From a bacterium (lineage in GTDB: Bacteria; Hinthialibacterota; Hinthialibacteria; Hinthialibacterales; Hinthialibacteraceae), in the NCBI GenBank assembly GCA_963663405.2, contig CAXXSM010000109.1, positions 8,632 through 72,631 on the forward strand: DNA of 64,000 nucleotides, given 5' to 3'. Below the pieces are notes generated by a model. The model ran no database searches, had not been told where the DNA came from, and saw only the letters and a program-made list of their open reading frames with translations. This document shows, piece by piece, positions 20,918 through 32,119 of the stretch. The translations under genes and the position numbers were made by a program. Each line of letters begins with the position of its first letter. Position 1 is the stretch's first letter.

Positions 20918-20941
20918 TCATCGAAAGAATAATGCGCGCAC

Positions 20942-20967
20942 AGGGGCGGACAAATCCATCCGCCCCT
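20942..20967. terminator. Hairpin between convergent genes
   Basis: aggggcgga / tccgcccct inverted repeat. Confidence 0.5.
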
Positions 20968-20987
20968 TCCGCCTTCAACCAATACTC

Positions 20988-22163
20988 CTAATGCATCATT
21001 TCAATCTCTCGCGTAATCTCATCAAGGCTAATCACCTCAATGTTGGAATTCATGGGAAACCTGTCCGTTCCAGGATACACGATAAACGTTTTCAATGGTT
21101 TCAGATCATCAATGGCGTTACGGAAACTCTTATCAAGTTTCGGCGCAAGACTGCGCTTAATTTCGATCGCCCATACACCACGCCGCTTTCCAAATTCCAA
21201 CAGTAGATCAATCTCAGCGCCAGCGGCTGTACGATAAAAACTCGCCCTTGTCCGCTCTGGAGCTGCGGCGAGAAGATTCTCTATGACAAATCCTTCCCAG
21301 CTGGGTCCTGCAACTGGATGCCCCATCAAATCATCAAGGATTTCAATCCCTAACAACGCATGAACGAGTCCACTATCCCGCACATACGTCTTGGGAGATT
21401 TTACAAGCCGTTTTCCAACATTTTTGTGAAAAGGCAGTAGACAGCGCACGAGCAATAGATCGGTGAGTAAACCAATATAATTAGTAATAGTTGGCGCGCT
21501 AACTCCAAGACCACTGGCCAATCGAGACGCATTGAGCAGCGTTCCCTGATTGTGGGCCAGCATTGTCCAGAACCGCTCAAGTGTCTCCGATGGAATTTTG
21601 TACCCAAACAGAGGTACCTCTCGCTCTAAATAGGTACGAATCAGATTGACCCGGTAGACAAAACTATCCTCATCATTACCCGCTAAATAGCTGTCGGGGA
21701 AACCGCCTCGAAGCCATAACCGGTTTATATTTTCATCTCCTGTCTCTACCTCGATCACTGAAAGCGGATGAAGATGAATATACTCAATTCGTCCAGCCAA
21801 TGTTTCACTCGATTGCCGCATCAATTCCATCGACGTCGAACCTAAAATCAGAAATCGGCCATTCCGTCTCCCAATCCGCCGCCCTTCGTCGATAATTCCG
21901 CGTAATTCCTGAAAAATTTCAGGCATGCGGTGAATCTCATCCAATATGACAAGTTTGTCTGTATGTCTTCTCAGAAACAGAGCCGGATCAGATAATTTTG
22001 CTCGGTCCGCCGCCGTTTCGAGATCGAGATAGAAAGCGGAATCCTCACTCGCAATCATTTGAGCGAGGGTCGTTTTCCCCACTTGGCGCGCTCCGATAAG
22101 AGCAACCGCCGCTTGGCGGGATAACGCGGTTCTAATTTGAGAGTATGCTGCTCTTGGAATCAT
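20988..22163 (-). CDS. AAA_14 ATPase with DUF4143 domain
   Basis: GARQVGKTT, LVILDEIH, ETLAGR, RGGFPDS, KRLVKSPKTYVRDSG, YRTAAGAEIDL, IEIK. Confidence 0.93.
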   Translation of the reverse strand: MIPRAAYSQIRTALSRQAAVALIGARQVGKTTLAQMIASEDSAFYLDLETAADRAKLSDPALFLRRHTDKLVILDEIHRMPEIFQELRGIIDEGRRIGRRNGRFLILGSTSMELMRQSSETLAGRIEYIHLHPLSVIEVETGDENINRLWLRGGFPDSYLAGNDEDSFVYRVNLIRTYLEREVPLFGYKIPSETLERFWTMLAHNQGTLLNASRLASGLGVSAPTITNYIGLLTDLLLVRCLLPFHKNVGKRLVKSPKTYVRDSGLVHALLGIEILDDLMGHPVAGPSWEGFVIENLLAAAPERTRASFYRTAAGAEIDLLLEFGKRRGVWAIEIKRSLAPKLDKSFRNAIDDLKPLKTFIVYPGTDRFPMNSNIEVISLDEITREIEMMH

Positions 22164-22164
22164 C

Positions 22165-22200
22165 CTTGTATATTAAAAGCAAAAACTTTTAATTTGCAAG
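22165..22200. promoter_or_regulatory. Imperfect palindrome immediately upstream of the AAA_14 gene (operator candidate)
   Basis: cttgtatattaaaag caaaaa cttttaatttgcaag. Confidence 0.5.
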
Positions 22201-22369
22201 GAAAAATAATCATTTCCGTATCCTTAAATTTAATAATTTGGATTGAGATACTGGAACCAACAGCGATTAACGTGCGATCTCAAATCACTATTGATACATA
22301 TAACTAATGGGAAATTAAAAAATACGGTATAATCGTCCAATCTAGAGAGATTAGGAGATAAGAAACACA

Positions 22370-23842
22370 ATGAAAAAAATCCTTTCAACCATGTTCCTTC
22401 TCACATCAGTGATTGCGCTGCTATCCGGAATCGTATCTGTCGACCGCGGCGGAACAAAGTCCTGCCACCTGCTGTCCAAAAGACGCTTGATAAGGAATTG
22501 GACGGATACCGGCTTCGCAGTGTTCAGCAAGAAATCCTTAATGGGGAAAGCGTCTACCGCGTTGAAGCCCGCGGGAGAACAAACCGCAGGCTGCGAAATG
22601 CTTATTAATCAAAAAGGTTCTTTGTTAAATAAAATCTATGAAGATCAGTTTCGAATCGTTGACAACCGCCTAATGCGGGAAGAGCGTCCCTTTTTGGATT
22701 CAGTCCATCTATACACCGGAAGCCGGAGATCCCCAAAAAGCTCCACAAGCGATTCTTGAATCAATCAGCAAGATCTCATACGCGGGGGGAAATACGCTGG
22801 CGTTTGATTTAAAGGGATTAAAATCCGATGGAAACGGTATGACTAAAGAGGCGGATACATTCTACCAAGAGATTATTGACCGGCTGATCTATACTAGTAT
22901 TGGCTGTTTCTGCCGCCTTTTCCCCCCCAGCGCGCCCACAGATCCAACCTACCGCCGGAACGCCGTTCGGACAGTGGCGAATTATTTCAAAAAAGAGAAC
23001 CAGTTTATCTTCTGGATCGATGGTCCCAACGCGGAGGCGTTGGCGAAAGAATTTAAAAGCATCTCTCCAGGATTGGTCGTCGCGGCGCCAGGAGCGGACA
23101 TGTCCATCCTTGATTCATTCTCAGATAACACACCGGATGTAAACCTACTCTCACAATTGTTTCTGATCTATCCGAAAAACCGGACCATCAACATTTCCTG
23201 CTGAAAGATTCCCCTGAAAATATCAAAATACTGGATGAATGGAATACACCCGCCGAAGAACGAAACGCCTGGATTCCAGACAATTCCATCCTCTCCGAAA
23301 AAGAACGAAAAGAAGGTTTTGTAGCGTTGTTTGATGGAAAAACAAAAAACGGCTGGTTAACACAAGGCCGAAAGGGCTTTCTAATCGAAAACGAGACACT
23401 CCGCCGTGTCCCAGGAAGCGGAAGCATGCGAACCTTAAAACGATTCGGCGATTTTATCCTGCGTCTCGATTACAGAATTGAAAAGAACGGGAACAGCGGT
23501 GTGCAAGTGCGATGCCCGCGCTCTCACCGCGCGTCAAAAGTCGGCTTCGAAGTCCAGATCCTTGGAGATTATGGAGCGGAACCATCCAAGTCCAGCACGG
23601 GATCAATCTACTACTCAATCGCGCCAACCGCCAACGCCTCCAAACCATCAATGGAATGGAATTCGATGGAAATCACATGCGATGGCCCCAAAGTCAAAGT
23701 CATTTTAAACGGCCAGACGGTCCAAGACCTCAATTTCGATGATTATGAAGATCTAAAATATCGTTTGCGCGACGGATTTATTTACCTGACCGATCATGGC
23801 GCAGACGTGGCCTACCGGAATATCCGGATTAAAGAACTATGA
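22370..23842 (+). pseudogene. Secreted protein with C-terminal DUF1080 (3-keto-disaccharide hydrolase) domain, frameshifted
   Basis: Signal peptide at 22370; C-terminal LFDGKT..GW, DFILRLDY, GNSGVQ, GFEVQILGD, EWNSMEI, DHG..VAYRNIRIKEL; split across three or more ORFs. Confidence 0.7.
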
Positions 23843-23910
23843 TCTAAACTCAATCTACTAAAACTGATTCTTTGCATTTTAAATATAAAGTACAGCAAAA
23901 GGATGAGGAG

Positions 23911-24832
23911 ATGAGAAATCGGAGCCAAATATTCTTTCAAGGCCCTAAAAATTCAGGAAAAACGACTCTGATTAAACAGCTAATCAAATCCTCGCGGAAT
24001 ATCCTTTGGTCCGTGTGTATAACACAGCCGGCGCCCTCTCAGGAACTAGAGGGTGAATGGATTGAAACGGAAGAAACTCAAGCCCTCGAGGAAGCAGACG
24101 CGCTTGAATCCAAACTTTATTATCAGAATATTAATTATTCAGGCGCTAAAGGCAATTTTTGGGAGTCAGATTTTCTTCTAAACGAATCTGACGCCATTGC
24201 ATTTGAAGGAGAATATCCTGCGAGCCATTAGCGCCGATCTTTACGTGCACGTGATGCGGCCACTTGGTGATGGAGAGAAATTGGTTTCTTTTCAAGATGT
24301 GGAAGTCACCCGGATAGATTCCCGGGAGTACCTGGAAATGATGGGAATGCCTCTTCCGGAAGACGCCCATCTGCTAACAGATGAGGAAAGAGAGCAACTT
24401 GAAAAAGAGGAAGAAGAGAGACGAGAGGCGGGTGAGGAGATATTATCTGAAGAGATCATCGAGATTCCCGATGAATTGGGCGAAGTGATCATCCGAGCCT
24501 TAAAAGGAGAATCGACGCCAATAATGCAGAAATCATGGTCTCTGGCGCCTGGACATGAGAACATACCGCGATGTGGATTAATTGTCATCAATATATACAG
24601 TGAAGAAGAACGGCCCGCCGCCGAAAGAACACGCGCTCAAATCGAAGAACTCCGCAAGAAACCGGAATTTCGAAAAGATGTCCTCACCTATCGGTACGAC
24701 ATACTTCGAAGAACGATTCTCATCGCCAATCTCTCCAATCCACGCGATCCAGAATTAAAAAAGGCGCTGGCGAGAATTAAAAGAGTAGTCTCCAACGTAA
24801 AGCAAGACCGCAACCTTTCCTTTCTGTATTGA
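23911..24832 (+). pseudogene. P-loop-containing hypothetical protein, one frameshift near 24225
   Basis: GPKNSGKTT Walker A after GAGGAG RBS; continues in the 24197-24832 frame with an acidic insertion. Confidence 0.55.
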
Positions 24833-24980
24833 TGAAAAAATCAAAGATTAATGCATTTTTCCCGTCTACTTATTTTAAAAAAAATGATTACGCTCATTCC
24901 GGGCTAAACAGATTCATATGGAATATGTTATGATCGATCCATGGCGTTGAATATACCTATTTTATCGAAAGGAAAAAAGC

Positions 24981-26137
<1,157 letters not shown>

Positions 26138-26148
26138 ATCCTTTCAGT

Positions 26149-27423
26149 CTAAAAAACAGCATTCACAGCCCTAGCTAACCGTTCGCAGCCTTCGCGCAGG
26201 ATTTCTTCCTCAATCATTCCAAACGCAAGCCGCAGTTCGGAAGAACGTTTCGATTCCGGACGATCGTGGGAATAACAGAGCGCGCCGGGCACATAGAGCA
26301 CTCTTTCTTCCAGCGCTTTTTTGAATAAGACACTATCCGCGCCGGTATCGCAATCCGGCGGCAGTTGCGTCCAGATATAGAAAGCGCCGATCGGACGCAG
26401 CCATTTAACGTCTGAAGGAAATGTGCTTTCGAAAATAGCAAGCGCCACATCGCGTTTCCGTTTATAGATCGCTTTTAAATGATCCGTGTGCTCGTCGAAA
26501 GCGCCGGAACGCAGAAACCGTTTTAAGATCTGCTGGCCGAAATTGGAACTGCCGAAATCATGCGTTCCCTTTAAGTCAACCATTTTATCAATCAGCGCTT
26601 TCGGCCCAACGCCAAAACCGAGCCGCAAACCAGGAGACAACGATTTTGAAAACGATTCGGTGTAGAGCACGAAATCGTTATCTTCTTCCAATGATTTCAA
26701 CGGCGCCAGTTCCGGACCGTCAAAGCAGAGCCTCCGATAAGCGGCGTCTTCAATCAATAGGATAGGACTTCCCTTATCTCGATAAGATCGAAGCAAATCG
26801 AACACTTGCTTGCGACGCTCTTCAGCGAGAGAAATCCCCATCGGATTGGTGGAATAGGTCATTAAGTACAACATCTTCACACGCGGAAGCAGTCCTTCCC
26901 GTTCCAACTGCGCCAAACAGTCTTCTAATTTCTCCGGCACAATACCGTCTTTGTCCGTATCGATTCCAATCGTCCGCGCGCCACGGGATTCAAACGCGCC
27001 GAGAACCACGAAATATGTCGGGGCCTCCAGCAGAACGATATCCCCCTCATCCAACAACGCTTCCGCCGTTAGATACAGCGCCTGTTGAGAGCCAGAACTG
27101 ATTAAAAAATGCGATTCATCGATCCCTGCGGATGGATGGAACACTCCTTCCGCGTGGAGCCGTTGATTGAGATCGCGCCGCAGTTCCAGATCCCCTTGCG
27201 TAGTGCCGTATTGCAATGGATCCCGTCCCGCCTTCACATCATCCAACATCTCCTGGATGATGCCGGAGGCGGCGGCGCTAGGCAGCGATTGTTGATCGAC
27301 AAACCCCGCCGCCAGCGAGATCAAACCCGGGACCTCCAACGCCTGCGCCATCAGCCAACTGATCTCTGGAGGCGAGGTTCTTTCCGCCAAAGAAGAGAAT
27401 TTTTTTGTCCAATCACTTTTCAT
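26149..27423 (-). CDS. PLP-dependent aminotransferase class I/II (LysN-like)
   Basis: ISLAAG, LQYGTTQG, NPMG, IEDAAY, SFSKSLSPGLRLG. Confidence 0.92.
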   Translation of the reverse strand: MKSDWTKKFSSLAERTSPPEISWLMAQALEVPGLISLAAGFVDQQSLPSAAASGIIQEMLDDVKAGRDPLQYGTTQGDLELRRDLNQRLHAEGVFHPSAGIDESHFLISSGSQQALYLTAEALLDEGDIVLLEAPTYFVVLGAFESRGARTIGIDTDKDGIVPEKLEDCLAQLEREGLLPRVKMLYLMTYSTNPMGISLAEERRKQVFDLLRSYRDKGSPILLIEDAAYRRLCFDGPELAPLKSLEEDNDFVLYTESFSKSLSPGLRLGFGVGPKALIDKMVDLKGTHDFGSSNFGQQILKRFLRSGAFDEHTDHLKAIYKRKRDVALAIFESTFPSDVKWLRPIGAFYIWTQLPPDCDTGADSVLFKKALEERVLYVPGALCYSHDRPESKRSSELRLAFGMIEEEILREGCERLARAVNAVF

Positions 27424-27654
27424 GGTATTTGACGATCCTTTGAAGTATTCCTATCATTCTAGTAAACACGGCTGTATTTTCAAATACTAAATAATAAAAA
27501 TGAGATCTAAATACATTAAATCCGGTTTGTCATACACTTTACGCGCTTTGTTTTCTGTCTGTGCAAGAAACAAACTATCGCCTAACCAGTATCGAACGAA
27601 TGGTATCAATTGTCGACTAAACATTATTAAAGGATTTCCCGTCAATATTCTATT

Positions 27655-28485
27655 ATGAAAAGACTCTCTCCCAACTTTCTATCATTTTTACCGGCCATCA
27701 TTCTCATTTTTATGATGCTCCTGTGGCTCGACGTCGCCGATCTCGTACATTTTCCCAAGGCTTTTTATAAATGGTATTTAGCCATCTTAGGATTACTGTT
27801 TTTATGGTGGCCTTTCGATATGTTGATCCATTGGGAGAAACGAACGCCCGCGTCGATCGCCAAGGATAAATACATCGCCATGATGGCGTGCGCCGTCATT
27901 TGCTTTGTCGTTCCGTATTACTTTTGGTTGACGCCATTCTATCCAACATTGGGAATCTCGGTGTTAATCTCGATCGTGATCCCGGGCCTTTGGATCATTT
28001 TCCGGTACCTTCGATCCAAGATCGTTACTGTCAATTCATCTCATATTTATCAAATCGCGATGAAATCCGATCGCGCCCAAGAATTTATGAACTATTTCCC
28101 CGGCGCCCACCAATATATTACCGGCCTTACACCGGGCGAGGGTGAACGTTCCTATTTATGGCTGCACCATCGTAAGGCCTGTGACGCATTGGAAGAGAGT
28201 TGGATTGATTATGTCTTAAGTGTGGCGGTCGACCGCCGCCTGGGAATCCATATCGGTGGAAAAGAGCAGCTGGATTGTTACTTATTTAAAAATGACGGTA
28301 GAAACTGCGGTGTCGGCTTCCTTCCTTCGTCCAATATCGGACGCGCGTTGGATTACGGCTTTTCCCAGGATGAAATGGAAAACGCCATCGCGGAAGCCCG
28401 GACACTGTCACACCGTTGGAAAGCGCTCGGAGACGAACCGCTGACGATACGACATTATCCCGGCCGTTATGTAAAAATTCGATGA
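27655..28485 (+). CDS. Hypothetical membrane protein (4 TM plus soluble C-terminal domain)
   Basis: Four hydrophobic helices in the first 120 aa. Confidence 0.7.
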   Translation: MKRLSPNFLSFLPAIILIFMMLLWLDVADLVHFPKAFYKWYLAILGLLFLWWPFDMLIHWEKRTPASIAKDKYIAMMACAVICFVVPYYFWLTPFYPTLGISVLISIVIPGLWIIFRYLRSKIVTVNSSHIYQIAMKSDRAQEFMNYFPGAHQYITGLTPGEGERSYLWLHHRKACDALEESWIDYVLSVAVDRRLGIHIGGKEQLDCYLFKNDGRNCGVGFLPSSNIGRALDYGFSQDEMENAIAEARTLSHRWKALGDEPLTIRHYPGRYVKIR

Positions 28486-28498
28486 ACGAGGTTAATCA

Positions 28499-29809
28499 AT
28501 GCCGCGACGTCTCTCAATAGTTATCCTCCTATCCATCTTAACCACTATAACCGGCACCTGCAAAGAAATAACGCTGTTCGTCACGGGACAGACGGAAGGG
28601 CTTCTAGAGCAATGTGGATGTGTTCATGAAAAAGGAGGCCTGGAAGCGCGGGCTGGATATCTTACTGAATGGCGTTCTAATAACATTCCGTTTCTTCTCC
28701 TCGATGTGGGTGGATTTCTTCCAACGAAGCAAACTCCAATCGGCCAAGCCATCGCTGAGATGAACGTAAAAGCGATGAAACAATTAGGATACAACGGGAT
28801 TCTTCTCTCCCCCAGCGATCTCGCGTATGGTAAAGACTTTTTTACAAAAAATGTTTCTCTCCCCTTTCTATGTTCCAATGTAAAAGATTCTCCAAATGTC
28901 AACAAAAGCGCCGCCATTGCAATCGATGATATTGTATTCGGATTGATCGGGATTCCCTCCCTTCAACAAAAGAAACAAAAAGGTGAATGGATCCTGGAAG
29001 ATCCCACGAAAGCGATTGTGGAAGAAGCCGGCCGGTTAAAAAATGAGGATCATGTTGATGCGATTATTTTGTTAGCGCACGAACCTCCCCCAACGGTAAC
29101 TAAGTGGCTGGACACCTATGAAGGCCCGAAAATCGACCTGATCGTTACCATCGATTTTGGTATCCAGGTTAAACAGTACAAAGATATCTTCTTAACCAAC
29201 GCGCCCGCTAAAGGACATGCGATCGGCAAAATCACTCTGGACATAGAAAAAGGCGCTGGACTGAAGAACGTTTCCTATGAGCGAATCTCCTTAGATCCAA
29301 AGATTCATAGAAACATTACAATGCGAGGATTTCTTGATATATCATATATTAATGCAATTGAAAAACTCGACCTTTCCTATGACGGGCCTCCCATCTTACA
29401 AAACCGGAAAGAGGAAAAGAATGAATTAAACGCGTATGTGGGAGCGCAGACTTGCGGATTCTGCCATACGGCGCAATTCGAACAATGGAAGAACACCCGG
29501 CACGCCATCGCGTTCAATGAACTGTTGGAGAAAAACCGCCATTGGGTTCCGAAATGCGCAGCGTGTCATGTAACAGGATTCGGCCATCCAAAAGGTTTTA
29601 CACGCTTTCCCGAAATCCCCTTATTGGAATTGCGGGATGTGCAATGCGAAGTCTGTCACGGACCCGGCGCGCTGCATGTTAACGAATCCGGCAGCGGCCC
29701 CATCCGCCGCAAAATCGATGAATCGCTCTGCATGGAATGTCACGATCAAAAAAATAGCCCCCAATTCAAAGACCTATCCGATCTCTATTTCAAAAAAATC
29801 AAGCATTGA
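28499..29809 (+). CDS. Secreted 5'-nucleotidase-like domain fused to a tetraheme cytochrome c (c554-like)
   Basis: Signal peptide, GLLEQCGC..GGLEARA, LLLDVGG; four CXXCH motifs (CGFCH, CAACH, CEVCH, CMECH). Confidence 0.82.
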   Translation: MPRRLSIVILLSILTTITGTCKEITLFVTGQTEGLLEQCGCVHEKGGLEARAGYLTEWRSNNIPFLLLDVGGFLPTKQTPIGQAIAEMNVKAMKQLGYNGILLSPSDLAYGKDFFTKNVSLPFLCSNVKDSPNVNKSAAIAIDDIVFGLIGIPSLQQKKQKGEWILEDPTKAIVEEAGRLKNEDHVDAIILLAHEPPPTVTKWLDTYEGPKIDLIVTIDFGIQVKQYKDIFLTNAPAKGHAIGKITLDIEKGAGLKNVSYERISLDPKIHRNITMRGFLDISYINAIEKLDLSYDGPPILQNRKEEKNELNAYVGAQTCGFCHTAQFEQWKNTRHAIAFNELLEKNRHWVPKCAACHVTGFGHPKGFTRFPEIPLLELRDVQCEVCHGPGALHVNESGSGPIRRKIDESLCMECHDQKNSPQFKDLSDLYFKKIKH

Positions 29810-29813
29810 TGAT

Positions 29814-30515
29814 TTGAGGAATCAAGTATTGCTCACACCATTTGAACAACTCTCACAACATCCTTTCAACCGCCCCCGCTCCCTTGTCGAACGCATATTC
29901 GATCGAGCGGGTATTAACCGGTTGTTCCTGCGTGAAGGCAAACGGCCGCAGGTTCGAGTTCAAGAGAACATTTTGGTTTCCCCTGTGGAAGGAAAATTAA
30001 TAGAGATACAAACGTTAAGCTCATCTTCAAAAATCAGGGGAAAAAAACACTTAGGGCGTATTGAATGGTATTCCTTCGAAGATCTCGTATATACACCAGA
30101 CGAACAACAGATCTTCGACAAAGGGCTGGCGTTTAATTTCTATCTATGCCCTCTCAATCTTCACTACCTTCTCTTCCCCACCCGTTTAACAGTGCTTGAC
30201 ATGTCCTATCATCCAGGCGCCTGCCGTCCCATCGCATTCATGAAAAGCGGCGAAATCCGCAATGAACGGCTGGTCCTATCCACAGAAACCGCCTCTGGCG
30301 TTCCCATGATTATCGTTCTGATCGCGTCGTTCTTAGTGAGTGGGATTGAATGCGTGGCTGATATAGGAAAGACATATGCGGCAGGTGAACTGCTTGGTGG
30401 CTTTAAAATGGGCTCAACGGTTATGTTGCTCTTTCCCCACAATGCGGTTGAGTCTTTGGTAGAACCTGGCTCTAAGATTATGTTAAACGAACCCTTCGCA
30501 CAGTTCCACTCTTAG
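29814..30515 (+). CDS. psd: Phosphatidylserine decarboxylase family proenzyme
   Basis: LVSPVEG, FYLCPLNLHY, RNER, GGFKMGSTVMLLF self-cleavage motif; start uncertain (TTG 29814). Confidence 0.8.
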   Translation: MRNQVLLTPFEQLSQHPFNRPRSLVERIFDRAGINRLFLREGKRPQVRVQENILVSPVEGKLIEIQTLSSSSKIRGKKHLGRIEWYSFEDLVYTPDEQQIFDKGLAFNFYLCPLNLHYLLFPTRLTVLDMSYHPGACRPIAFMKSGEIRNERLVLSTETASGVPMIIVLIASFLVSGIECVADIGKTYAAGELLGGFKMGSTVMLLFPHNAVESLVEPGSKIMLNEPFAQFHS

Positions 30516-31903
30516 GGTTCCACCGTAATAATCGCCCTGCGGTAGCTATAGAGAGGAGGATTCCCATGATCCTTCAATTGAAGAATGATATGAATCGTCA
30601 CTTCCCGCTTGGTATCCGGCGCCGTGAAACTTGTGTGTAAAGAATCAGTCGATGTCAGTTCGACAGTCCCCCTGTAGGTTCCCGCTTCTGGATAGTAAAA
30701 CCATTTCACTTCAAACTGATTTCGATCGGGATCGCTGGAACCTTCGGCGGAAAGTTGAACCTGGGCGCCGGATTTGACAGATAACTCTAAGATATCCTTT
30801 CCGGACGCATTATTGATTACAGCGATAGGATTGTGGTTCGCATCCTCGTATCGATCCGCCACACACCAATCCATCCGAGCCGCAAAATCGTATTGATACG
30901 CGTCACGCCAGCGCCAGATTGTGGCCTGGGCGGTGGTATACGTGGAGCCATCCTGCGCTGTTACCGTGTCACGTCTGTTGGTGTAAATCGGGCGGGTTTC
31001 CGCATACGTTTGCAAAAGAGCGTACCGGCCTCCCCATCCCCCATACGCTGGATCGACATGGCTGCCCAATCCGTTCTGTATAAGGTTGATGAACGACGGC
31101 GTATCGCCTTCCATGATGTAGGCGAGTTTAGGATAAAGCGCGCCTAGCGGTCCGTGATTTTCAATTACATTCTCAGTCAACCAAGGATTATCTACCAATT
31201 CAAAATAATGATAGGGGCCGTTTTTATAATGCCGGTCACCGGAAATGCCTGACCAAGTGGCTTTGTGATACTCTCCACTGCCCACGCGGCTGGGGGATAC
31301 GATATAAAAAAGATCGGGAAACGTGATACGCAGCCACCGCCCGGCGTTATCCTGATCGGAGATTGTATACACACGCAGTTTTGAGACAAAGCGTTCAAGC
31401 GCCTCTGGGCTCCGTGTGTATTTGACATCCCACAACGCCTGCGCTAACGTATTCGCGCCTCCCCAAACACTGATCCACACAGGACGAGGATCCGGACGGT
31501 CAACAACTTCGATAATGTGTTTCGATCCATCCGTGCTCTTCCCAAATCCGACAGCGTCCATCCCAAATCCAGGCTGGCCAGTTTTAGAGACATTCAGTAA
31601 ACTCTCAACATCCGGATAGCCAGACGCATGAACTAAGAGATTCTCCCTTACTTGCCCATACGCCTTGATCTGCCGTTGGATCAGATCGAGCCGGGGATTT
31701 TTCCGCAGCCAAACCGACGTTGTAGCGATCAATCCTTCAACATCGTATTCATTCGAATAGACCAAAAACCGGACCATCGACTCTTCATCATCCGGCTCAT
31801 TCGAGATGTCAGTCAACACAATGACACGTTCTTTTTCAGCCGCAAAAACAACACCACATACAAATAATAAAAGACAGATCGTGAATGTAAGTTGTTTAAC
31901 CAT
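30512..31903 (-). CDS. DUF1593 (nucleoside hydrolase-like) secreted protein with C-terminal Ig/PKD-like domain
   Basis: VIVLTDISNEPDDEESMVRFLVY, WGGANTLAQAL, MEGDTPSF, FAARMDW, ANHNP. Confidence 0.88.
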   Translation of the reverse strand: MVKQLTFTICLLLFVCGVVFAAEKERVIVLTDISNEPDDEESMVRFLVYSNEYDVEGLIATTSVWLRKNPRLDLIQRQIKAYGQVRENLLVHASGYPDVESLLNVSKTGQPGFGMDAVGFGKSTDGSKHIIEVVDRPDPRPVWISVWGGANTLAQALWDVKYTRSPEALERFVSKLRVYTISDQDNAGRWLRITFPDLFYIVSPSRVGSGEYHKATWSGISGDRHYKNGPYHYFELVDNPWLTENVIENHGPLGALYPKLAYIMEGDTPSFINLIQNGLGSHVDPAYGGWGGRYALLQTYAETRPIYTNRRDTVTAQDGSTYTTAQATIWRWRDAYQYDFAARMDWCVADRYEDANHNPIAVINNASGKDILELSVKSGAQVQLSAEGSSDPDRNQFEVKWFYYPEAGTYRGTVELTSTDSLHTSFTAPDTKREVTIHIILQLKDHGNPPLYSYRRAIITVEP

Positions 31904-31937
31904 TATTCACTTTCCTTTCACACTATGTTGACAGCAT

Positions 31938-32016
31938 GTAGGGTGGGTCGCGCTTTATCGATCCACCGGGAATGATTCATATATTCGGCGCCTCATAAAG
32001 ACGCGAGGCGCCCTAC
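31938..32016. repeat. Inverted doublet of GTAG-type REP palindromes (REPIN-like)
   Basis: GTAG-ggtgggtcg cgctttat cgatccacc on plus strand; GTAG-ggcgcctc gcgtctttat gaggcgcc on minus strand. Confidence 0.65.
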
Positions 32017-32119
32017 CGTAACCCTCGCAACTTATTCTCACCTGTTCGTTATGAACTCAATCATGATGGATAACATAACGATAGGAAGCAGGTAAGAAGA
32101 CACGAAATGAATAGTTATC

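Noticed and set aside
28600-28625. Selenocysteine in the CGC motif of the cytochrome fusion
   Set aside because: The codons are TGT GGA TGT, with no in-frame TGA.
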